A stretch of DNA of 64,000 nt. Source: Pecten maximus (taxonomy: Eukaryota). The notes below the pieces were generated by a model. The model saw only the letters and a program-made list of their open reading frames with translations, was not told the origin of the DNA and ran no database searches. The stretch lies in contig NC_047030.1 in assembly GCF_902652985.1 (NCBI RefSeq), forward strand, positions 21,762,001 to 21,826,000. The letters are read 5' to 3'. Position numbers and translations under genes: made by a program. Shown here in pieces: positions 27,801 through 39,800 of this stretch. The stretch's first letter is position 1. Every line of letters begins with the position of its first letter.

Positions 27801-30800
27801 ATGTTTTTGTGAAGTATTCCTTAACCATTATTAGACCATCTAGAGTTACAACACCACCTGTTCATAGTGAGTATATTTCTTCCAACTTAAAAAAATATTT
27901 CCATAATGTATAAAAATACACAATCTTTAGGCATTCTTTTTTATCATTCATGAATCTTTTCTTTTTATTATCTTAAGACTTTATTCCTTGTGAAATTTAT
28001 GTAATTGTCATATTTGATGATTTTCAGGAGGTCCAGAAGAACAAGTTCCACAGCAGTACACCTCTTACCAACCAGGGATAGTGAACCTTGGCTATCCCAA
28101 TCAGGTAGGAAGCCTGGCTTTCCTTAAAACCTTTTCTTATAGTCATTCTATGGTCGATATTTAAAAAAAAAACAAAAAAAAACACAGCATACATATATAT
28201 CCACTTTGAATCAAAACTAGCATGAAATCATTATTTGCATTGGTTGAATGTAAATGGTCGTCCCTGGCAAAGTATTGCAAATGCAAGTTCAGAAGCTTTG
28301 GTAAGAAAACTTAGGTTCATGACAAAAGGGATATCTTTGTGACATTGATTTCCGATATCCATAGACTTCTGAAAATAACAAAACTAAAAAATTGATCTAC
28401 CTGGTATATAAGAAACTTGATTCATTTGTTAAATAAAGAAGTATTGCAGTAATGAAAATGTTAATTCTGTCTTATGCAAATACTTTGCTTTACAACCAAC
28501 TAAGTTTATGCCAGTATATTTTAATTGCTCTTAAGAGTTTTAATGAAATTTGAAAATTTATGTTTCAGTTCCTGATATCGCAACAGCAGCAGCAACCGCA
28601 GCAGCAGGCACAAAGTAATCCTCATGAATTAGACAAGGGTCAGCTGACCACATCCCAAACTTTTGGGGGACAGCGAACTCCAGTAACTATTCAACAAAAT
28701 ATGTATCAAAACCCTACGCCAGGCATGAGAGCTGGTCCCCCAGTAAGTAGAGTTGATTAGTTATACCTTTGTAGTATCATCTAGTGTTTATGTAACAGAA
28801 TAGTCTACAACTGTATGTTTTGTTGGATGATGAAGTTTTAAGACTAGCTCAACTTCCTCAATATCTGTTAATTTTGAAGTGAATACCCAAAAGTATGGCT
28901 TGAACAGGACGGTATCTGGTTGTCTGAGTATAACAGCTTAACTTGACACCAGCTCTTGTTAGCTCTGATTAAGAATATTGATTTTGATCAATATTGCATA
29001 TTCACAGACAAATTCAGTGGTTGGACGTAACCAAATTGAAACATGAACTGAAGACTGAATCATATTAACTGACCTGAATTGTACTGGCTTGGTTTCTTGA
29101 ATATTTGACTACTCCGCAGAATTATGTAGCCAATTGATGTTCCTTCATTGCAGCCCTTTTTCTCTGGCCAATCACAGCAACGGCAAACTAGGTATACTGG
29201 CCCTCCTCCCATCAGCCAGCCGCCAAACCAGGCTATGTACCCAGCGATGTACATGACGCCAAATCACCAACCAGGGACGTTCCAACCCCCTGGTGGTACA
29301 CAGATCATTGTTCAGCCACAACTTTCTATGATGGTAAGTTATGTTGTATTTATGTAGAAATGTAAAGTAGGGTATTACTTACTATAATATGAAGAGTTCT
29401 GGTTTTCCGTGTAGCGAATTTAAAATTGATAAAGCTTTGGCATGTACAGAAGTTTAACAGGGCATATTATTTTTAATGTGACCTCTATGTCTAAGGTTAT
29501 TTCCTACTTTTATGTTCTACCATAAGCAAAGGTATGATTAAACATATGTCATGATTTAATATTATGATTATTAGCAGGGGCTTTTTGGCACTGTTAATTG
29601 GCCCCACTCCCAATTGAAATTATTACATATTTAAGCCAATTTCCCAAAACTTTTAGTTTACTCCAGAGAAAACCTTTCCCGATTCACCAATTTTCTTCCC
29701 AAAATGAAGCAAAAAGGCCTGATTTATCATTGAAGATTCATAACAGATGAAATGTATACCTGCATGTCATCTTGACATAAGCTGTGACAAAGATGAAATA
29801 ATAATGCTTTTTCAATATCTTCAAATTGTGTACAAAGATTTCCTTTCTTTTTTGTCTAATAGAGTTTTACAACATGCCACTTCTTTGTTGTATAGCAGGT
29901 TGGTAACAGAATGAGTACCCCTCAGTTTGCCCTACAGACCTCACAACAAGGGATGACAGGGATGACCACCTACCCCATGGCTACAAATCAAACTGCAACT
30001 CAGCAGTTTAACCCGATTACTGTGTATCACCAGCAATCTAGCCAGAATCAGAGGCCACCATCGGCAGGCATGATTACACCACAAACAAATCAACAACAAG
30101 GAAAAAGAGAGAAACACATGATCAAGATTGTAGATCCAAATACTGGAAAAGATATATCAAGTGAAATATATAGCACCACAAATCGCCCAGGTCGTTCTAC
30201 TACGCCAGGTTCCAGTCCTTCCCCTGTGGCTGTAGCTCCGGGAGAGGCTGTATCAGAGTCAGAATCAAGTCCCCTTGTTGAAGTAAGCCATCTTTTGTAT
30301 AGTTCTAGCATTAATCTGAAGTTTCATTGTAAAAGTTATGATAAGCACTTTATAGTATCACCAATGTTAACCTAATTAAATCACCTTGGTACTTCATAAT
30401 CTGATTTTAGTGATTTTCTATGCAATAATTGCCCTAATAATGATCTGGCTGCAACCAAATCTCAATGAATGACAAATTTTGTTGAATGATAGTCATGGAT
30501 GATTGAAAATTGGTACAAATTTGTTGCATTAAACTATTCAAATCACACACTGTCTCTATCCATAAACAGTTCGTTTAAAGCTGATAGTTCATAAGTGCAG
30601 AGGTACCTCTATAGTTTTTCAACAAATTGTAAGATTGACTCGTGTCTTAAGAAAATATTTTGGAATGTACACCATATTTAGATAGGAATGACAACACTTT
30701 GGTTAGAACTATTTGTTAACATTTTATCACAATTTGTTGTGTGCATCCTAATGGAATTCTTATTTGCAATGTAATAATGTTGTTTTCAGAGCCCCCCACC

Positions 30801-33800
30801 ACCTCCATCAGAATCACCAAATGGTCACCAGGGTGATATTGCAGCAGTATTTGCTGCCCAGGTGGCTGCGACATTGAAGACTGAAATTCAAGCGGAACCT
30901 GGGTTGACTTCCAAACTTTCTCACAATGTGCCATCATTTACACCTGCAGAACAATATCAACCGCCGAGTGCTAGTAATGAGGAAATTACACAGGAATCGT
31001 ACTCACCAGTCGTGACCGAAGTTAGTGAATCAGACACTCCAGCCCTAAGTGCACCAGTTAAAGAAGCCACAACAACAGTTCTAGCTGAAGTTTCAGTAGA
31101 ATCTGGAAAAGTTTCAAATTCAGTACGTAGTGTAACAATAGAATCCAATCCAAGTCTTTCAAACACAAACGATTCAGTTCCAGCTACACAAGAAGAAACT
31201 GCACTTGTGTCAGATTCCGGCGTTGATGTCCAATCTGTGTCATCATTGGAGCCAAGTGACTCTTCAGTGGCCGATAATGTGAAACCAGATAGCCAGAATG
31301 TGGTTATAGTTGATGAAGTGGATACTCCCGTGGAACCACCAAAGCCTTCTGAAGTGGACTCTAAACCTGACAATGTGGCAACAACTGTCCAAAGTGATAA
31401 TGCAAGGACTAAGGATCTAGTAAATGATAAAGTGGAGTTGGAGGAAAAACTTGTAAATAATACCTCTAAACAGGAGGATTCAAGTGAGAAAGACAAGGTG
31501 CCAAATATATCACAAACAACTGTGGTAGATCATGAGGATTCCGGTCCTGTATCTAGTGTCAAAAAGGAAACCAAGGGAAAGAAAAAAGTCAAGGAAGTTA
31601 GCAAGAAAGGAGAAGAATCTAAAAAAGCTGATGTGGAGGTGTTCTTAGAGCCACAGGTTTGTATATCCTTATAGATCTGATATATTTTACTTCATGCATT
31701 CTTCTGTCTTGAGAGTTTTTGCAAGAGGAAGCAAGAATTTATCTAAATAACTCTAAGCTTACTAGTAACTTTCGACAACTGAATATATGTCGTCCACACA
31801 ATCTTGCATTCAAAGTTAAAACTTTTTATAACAAAGAGGTGCAGTCAATTAAAATTATTCAAAAGCTTTTTGAAAACTCTGGATGCCTGGGGTCATGTTA
31901 ATTTGGTGGTATTTCAGATTTTAAGGTTAATTTCCTTCATTTGCTTTAAAAGGTCAAAGCAGTCTGATATATGTAATGTTGGTATAAGTTTTGGTAATAT
32001 TCCAATATTCCATTCACATTCTGAATCTGAAAAAATTATATATGTACAATACTTTTTAGTTGCATGACTAGAAATTCAGCTAGATAAAATCTGATAAGTA
32101 TTGATATTATCTTGTATTGTAACAAATTCTGATTAGATGTTCTTGCTATTTTAATGAATTTGACTTTGCACTCAGACTCTGAAGCTTGCAAAAGTTTAAA
32201 ATGTGTAACGAGTCAATGGTAAAGGCCTTTTGGGCCTCTTTATTTTGATTGTCATTTCTAAATAAAATTAATGTATGGTTTTATCCTTTGAACTGTGTGG
32301 AAGTAGATTAATTTGCATTAATGGTATTGATGATTAATTTCACTATTAATTGACTATTCTGTTGTTTAACAACAGCCAGTGGAGTCACCAACACCTGTAC
32401 CAGAACCTGTACCAGAACCTGTCGTAGTTTCTCCTCCAGCAACAACAACAACAGAAACACAAGATGTCGAAAAAACTACAGAAAAACCAGAGAAAATGCA
32501 AGAAGTTGAAGTACAAATACAAGACAAAATACAGGAGGAGAATCAAAAGAATGAGGAAAAAAGTAAAGACGCTAAAGAAAATACTAAAAACAGTGAAAGT
32601 ACAGAAAAGGAGAAAGCTGTAAAAGAAGCCAGATATAAATATAAAGAAGGTAAATTCAATTGGAAAAAGAATAGTCACATTGAGAGGAAGCTGGTTTCCA
32701 CTGAGAATTACATAAATTTACTTTTGAGATTGGAACTGAAATACAATGTTGGTTATTATGTCATTGAATCTGATCAGGTTTAAGATGCAACGTGGAACAT
32801 ATATTTGTTCCACATCACATACCTGTAAATTTTGTAACCGTCCTACTGTTTTTAAAGTTTGTGTTAGTATATGTACATATATTTGAATTATATATACTGC
32901 TGCAAATTATATTTTGATTAACACCAAAACACAAATTTTTGTGATCATGACAACAAAATAAGGACATGTATTTCTGTATTAAGTATTGTGATAGGAAAGT
33001 TCCCATTCTAATCCATTTCAGTCATTTCTTGCAAAAGTTTTTCATATTTTCAAAAGTCTGGTCACTAGGCCTATCAACCTACAAACTGAGGACAGACTTC
33101 CTTATTTCAAAGTTTCGTAGGTAGTGGTTTAGATAGCAGCTGATTACAATACTCAGCTGAATCAGACTAAATATAACGTCACATTTTACATGGTGTAATT
33201 ATATGATTATATAAGGACTTAGCCATGCTTTACAGTGAAATTGGTATTCACATGCATGTGGCTGTTCATATTTCTTTGAATCTAAATTAATATATTTCTC
33301 AGAAAATGTCATATGAAAACAAGAGTAAGTTAAGAGTGCCCTCACTAGTAAAGCCATGCTGCAAGATCACAGGAGATGCACTGATTTAGAAGGAAATGTA
33401 TCCATTGTTAAAAAGTAGGCATGGTATTGTCTGGTCATTATTGCTTCGGCTTGGAAAAAGAAATGAATATTGTGCATATCTTGATTTCATACCACATTTT
33501 TCGTTACACTAATTTGGGCATTAAAGTTGAGATTGAATTCTTCTAAATTGTAATATTTAACAACCTGCTAAATCCAACCAGAAGTTTTCAAGGTTTTATT
33601 GATAGCACTCTGACACACTAACATGTGTAACAAGAGGTTTGAAGTGAGCTTGCTTAAATGACTTTGTATCAATCTAATGTGACAAAAATCGTAATATTGT
33701 AAATTTGTAATAAAGAAATTGTAATACATCAAAAAAATTGACTTTTTCCAGACCAATGGAGTCCTATGAATCCAGAAGGGAAGCGATTGTATGACCGTGA

Positions 33801-36800
33801 TTTCTTGCTGCAAATGCAGTATGCTGGAGACTCTACAACCAAGCCTGTTGGACTGCCAGATCTACCTGATATTATTCTAGACAAAGTAAGTTGATAATAC
33901 GATGGTTAACTACCAAGTCACTATCCCTTGCATTGAGTTGGATCGGAGACAGTATCCCTGTCATTCCAGGTGTTTTTGTTTGATGTCTGCATGAAAACCG
34001 TCCATGGAGGGTAATTGTACGATGTGCTTGTTTTACTTCATCATTAGCAGATTTTTAATCCATATTCATCAATATCATCAATATCTGGAATATCTGAAGT
34101 TTGTAGCCTCTTTTAGAGGAGATGATGATGTTTAAAACAGGGTAAGGGCTGTTCAAAATATTTATCCACTCTACTCTAGAAAGCATTCTAAGCATAGTGG
34201 TAGGGTTAGCACGGGCCTTGAGAAAGTCTTGAATTTCACCTTGGGGCTTGAAAAGCCTTGAATTTCACCTTGGGCCTTGAAAAGCCTTGAAAATTGGTTT
34301 ACAGCCTTGAAAAAGCCTTGAATATTAAGGTTTCATTAGGATAAGTGAAACCCTGGCCACTGATCATTTGGATTCAACTTTTTCTATGCCGCCTCCCTTA
34401 CAGACGTTAATAGTTACCATGTCAAGTTGTATTTTGATCAAGTGGATAGTTATAAGTTGCCTTTTTGTTCTCTTGTTCCCTCACAAGATGACGGGTAAAA
34501 TGGGCCTTGAATATTTAATTAAGACATTGAAAAAGCCTTGAATTTGGTTTGACAAAATCCGTATGAACCCTGAGTGGGAATGGGAGAAAATAGGCCTTAC
34601 ATGGTACTTTTGAGGTAAATAACTTGGTAGTTCCTAGTATGACAAACCTGGCATCATCTCACTGGATAGATATTTTACTTTAATAGTCCTTGATAACTTT
34701 AAGTAATCTTCTACTTTGGTCTCTACTATGATTTCCATTGTTGTTGTAGCCTCACTATAACCAGCCTTCAGGAGGTGGAGGTGGCGGCGGTGGTGGTGGG
34801 GGAGGAGGTGGAAGAGGACCCCCCTTTTCCCGGGACCCTCAATCATTCACTGGATCCTTTGACTTCACACCTGGCTATGTCAGGTCACCAAGAGTTGTGA
34901 GTACCTAACATTCTTAGTGATGTGTTAAGCACTTTTTTATAGGCAAAATAACATACCTTATCGGACCAGAAAACTACAAGAACAAAAAAGAGTACATGTA
35001 CTAAGATCCAGCACTATTGACCTTTGTTTTGCTGTCGGGCAGTTCTCTCTCTTTGCCATTCAAGTCTTTTTTCCTGCATATAAAACTGGTTGCACAAATC
35101 GACCTCATTCCCAATGCATTTCAGTTTTATTTTTCCCAAAAGAAATTTTAGAAAAATCACAATTGTGTCCAAAATACAGAAAAGTCTGGAAAAAAAGAAA
35201 TTATACTGGCAAATATTCCACAAAATAGACAAGAACAAAGGACAGCCAAAGATCAAAATTGGTGTGTGCCATCATGTAAAGCTAGAATTGATTCTGCATT
35301 ATAAAATTATAAGCATGCCACTCATAAATCAATTATTAGCATGAAAATTTAAGAAAAGGAATAGTGAAATTTTCCCAATTGGTCAATTGGATTTTCCCAA
35401 AATACTGGAAAAAACATCGCATTGAACAAAGGTTATGTTGGCTTCCTGAAACGAAAAAAAAGGTTTTGCTTTTGGTGAATATGTAAATATACTGACATGC
35501 TAGATATGGTGAGATTTAATACTTTAGCCGAAACTGACAATTTGAAATAAAAGTTTGTTTTTGTGATGCAGGTGATATTGCTGGAAGTGTTTCAGTGACA
35601 TTAAAGCTACAAGGTACTAGAAGTGATAATTTTAGTGGCATTGTAAAGTTACAATATATTTTTGTGATTCAGGGCGGTGCTGATCGTGGTGGTGGCAGAA
35701 TGACCAAGAGTGGTAGCAACCAGGGCCGCAAAATGGGTGGTCCTCCTCAGAGGATCATCACCCATGTTTCCATAGGACAGGATGTCACCCTACACAAAGC
35801 AGGCGATGCTTGGAAACCACAAAAGAGCACAGAAAAAGTTGAAGATCCAGAAGACAAAAAGACTGAGGTAAAAAACAATGGCTGTTCTAAGGTTCAAAAT
35901 GTTCTTGTACTCGAGTTAGGGTCTGAGATAGCTCAGTCAGTTAGAACTCCAACCATGTAGCCTTCAATGAAGATCCGAGGTGTTTGGCTAGACGCTCTCT
36001 AATTGTGTTGTATCTGGGCTCAAAATTATGTTTGTTCCTAATCTTGGGACACTGTCGGTTAAACTTGTTATGTTTCCCCTTCGAATGAAGGGAGAGAAAT
36101 TGTATTTGTACTGGGTTCTACTTTTTTCTGGTTCTTCTACTAATAAGAAGTTCTTGTCCAGGCCATAACTTCTGAAGTGTTGGAAGATATTTTTATGAAA
36201 CTTGGAGCGTACTTGCATCGCCTAAAACATATGGTTATGTCACTTTGACCTTAACTTCAAGGTCATAGATTTGCAAATTTAACATTAAATTTTTGTCCAG
36301 GCTTAAAGGTCCAAAGGTCATTTGAGTGCAAAAATATTACTCCTTGTTTTGTTGCAGGTATTGTACAAAAAGGCCAGAGGTATCCTTAACAAGCTGACTC
36401 CACAGAAATTTCAAACTCTGGTCAAACAGATGTCAGAACTAGAGATCGATACAGAGGAGAGATTGAAGGGAGTCACAGATCATGTCTTTGAAAAGGTAAC
36501 AAAAAAATCATCACTTTTTGTCATTTTTGGATATGGATGACATGATCTATAGCTAGAGATACTTAAGAAATCAGTTTCTCCATCTTTTGCGAACAAGTTG
36601 AAGAATATTCCATTTTCTAACACATTAAGTCTATAAATAAGGCTCTATGTATTTCAGTTTGTTATTAAAATGATGTTTTACTTTCAGGCTGTCGGTGAAC
36701 CTGGATTTAGTGTAGCTTATGCAAGCATGTGCAGATATCTAGCAATGGTATGTATCATTGATTTATACAAGTCATAAAATCAGAAATCTTACCTTTACAT

Positions 36801-39800
36801 ATACCAATTTCTTCAGTCTTTAACAAAATAGAAACAGTCACCACAATCTTTCAACTGGCATTTGAGTTAATGATTGATTGAACCAGAAAGTTTGATGAAT
36901 ATTCCTTTTAAAAGCGTTTGATGAATGTCTTACTAAGTGAGAAAAAGGGAGGATAGTCTGATTGCAGGTGACGAGAATCAAGTTATAAGAAGAACGCAAG
37001 TAAACTTTGTGGTATTATTGTGCAGATGAAAATGTCAATTGGTTGTCATTTACTTTCAGATCAAGGTACCTTCCCAAAAAAAGCCAGGTGAATCTGTCAA
37101 TTTCCGTGCAATATTACTTACCAGATGTCAAAAAGAGTTTGAGAAGGACAAAGACACAGAACAGGAAATGGAAAGGAGGCGGAAAGAAATCAAGGAGGCC
37201 AAGGTTTGTGTTTTAAAAGGACTGAATAATCTTTTATTAACTCTTGATCCGCTGGCAGAGGGAAATCACATGTGTGCTGATTTTACTGTCTCCCACGGCT
37301 GGTGAGAGATCTGCCTCGATGAAATACCAAAAATTGATTTATAAGGTTGTCTCCGGCATCACATGTTAGAAATCAAGATTTTCAGGCTTATTGGAAATAA
37401 GGTAATAAAATGTGACATGTTTCATAGACAACTTAAGTGACGGAATATACCTTGATATGATAAATTAGACCACACTTAAAATTTGAAATAAAAGTTGTAA
37501 AGATACAGCAATATTATGTGTTAATAAATGACTGGGTATAAGGGAGATCATTAGATTACATGAAGGGCATTCAGTTGAACAGATGATTATGGGAGGAGAA
37601 AAATTCAAGGAAAATATTAATTCAGAAACTTGCTGACCTAGATCCTCTAGACTCATAATGATTCTTGCTGTTTATCCAAAGGTGTTTGATCAAGGACTCC
37701 AAAATTTGTATTTTTCTTCTCAATATGCGATATTAACAATGGTGTTTTATATGCAGGAGGAGGAGAAAGATCAGTTGAAGTCCGATCTAGAATTTGCGGA
37801 ATCTAAAGCCAGGAGACGGTCTTTAGGAAATATTAGGTATGATGTTCTTGTAGTAAACAAATTAATTGAGTGTCGCAATCATCAGCAATAAGATGAAAAT
37901 ATTTATGGAGATTAATTCAGATTTTGCATTAATGCCAATATACTTTGTTATAGAAAGATATGTGTATTTACATACCTTATGCATACCTGTACGCATTTAA
38001 ATACGTTCTCAAGTAAAAAAGTATTTTTGTCATTTTTTGTTTTGTATAAAATACAGTTAAAAGTTTGATATAACTGCTGTATTTTGTTCTCAAATGTAAG
38101 AATTCATAAATGTATTTTTGTTTTACCATACAAAATAAATTACTAATTCTGTGTTTTGTTTTGTCATTTCAGGTTTATTGGTGAATTATTTAAATTGAAA
38201 ATGTTGACCGAGAACATTATGCATGACTGTGTATTTAAATTGCTCAAAGCCAAAGATTTAGAATCGCTGGAGTGCCTGTGTCGTCTTCTCACTACCATCG
38301 GAAAAGAATTGGATTCAGATAAAGCCAAGGTAACCATGAGTTTTCAGATCTACTTAAAAAGGGAGATAAGAATAGTGCTAAAAATTATGAAATAAACTGA
38401 AAGTTAAAGGATAACTACAGCTTGACTGTATAAATTTTGAAATTTTATCTACTTCTGCTGGTTAATTGACCTACTTCCTGTTGAAGATTTTGTCGGAATA
38501 AAGGATGGAATGTTTGAGATAGTGAAGGTTTGACTTCAAGATGTTGATAGATCCAGAAGAGACTAGGTCAGGCAATAATTTTATTCCATGAATTTCTCTT
38601 TCTACAGCCAAGGATGGAGCAGTACTTCCAACAAATGGGAAAGATTTCACAAGACAAGAAGACGTCCTCCCGAGTGAGATTCATGTTACAAGATGTGATC
38701 GAATTGAGAATGGTAAGGTCCACACAGAAATGCAAAAACTAAATTAATTTTCAACTGTCTGAATATGAAAATTGAAAGTTTTAAATGATATATTAAGTAA
38801 TATATCCATCCTTGTGTTCTTTTGCTAGAAATAGACATTAACTGATCAATTAAATTCTCTTAGGGCTATCAAAGTAAGATATTTACAAAACAGAGACCAC
38901 CCATAGAAGTGATTTAATTCAAACAGTGCTACTATAATAGGCTGCATTTTCTCCAGCACCATGCATAGAATTTCTTTATTTCTGTATTCCTCCCTTTTGA
39001 TATTTTCCTGCAATAGTCAAGTTGTGATTACTCATTTAAATGGGTTGAAAACAAGTGTGTGCCGCAAATGTAATAAAGAATCCATTCATTAGAGTGGCTT
39101 TCCAGTCACAACATGAAACATTCTTCAATTAACCATTTACTAATGCCAATAAGGGAGATAAAATTAACACTGGTAATCATGTTATTGAAACAAGTACAAA
39201 TAATGTTAAGGAAACAAAGTTTTTTGAAAGATAAGATGGGTAAATTTTGTATTGCTTACATGTAAAGCTCAGGAAATGTGCATTTCTCTGTAGACTACAT
39301 ACACGAGTACTTTAATGAACTAGGATGAAATTATGCAAATCAAAACAACCCAAGTCTCCAGATAACTACTAAGATCCAAGTCTTAAATGATAACAACTGA
39401 AATGGAAACAAAACATACCTGAACACACTAGGGAAAAGCATATCCAGTGTTTCTGGTCACCAGAATACTATAAAGATAAGCACAGCAGTTTATATCATTA
39501 AATTTAATCGCTTCAGAATCGCTGGGTACCAAGAAGGGATGAAAACAACCCTAAAACTCTGGACCAGATTCATAAAGAAGCTCAGAGAGAGGATCAAGAA
39601 AGACAACTCTTAGCTCAGCAGGCAGTCGCCCAACAGAGAGAGCAGCGAGGTGGAGGTGGCGGCGGCGGTGGATCTAAGGGTTAGTTTATTTGCAGCAAAA
39701 TCAACCCAAATATCGAGATGTAACAGCAGCTTTATGCTGTATGTTGTGTTCATTGTGACATTATTTATGAGAAAATTTAATATTTTGAATCAACACAGAC

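Noticed and set aside
29112-29137. Upstream acceptor or microexon before eIF4G exon 29154
   Set aside because: Using it meets an in-frame TGA, and it is too close to the next acceptor to be a separate microexon.
30957-31496. 179-aa antisense ORF (also 30090-30311 and 32385-32678)
   Set aside because: Shadow of low-complexity eIF4G exons.
33905-34015. H/ACA snoRNA candidate (hairpin, ACAGTA at 33949, hairpin)
   Set aside because: No ACA box after the second hairpin and no recognisable target.
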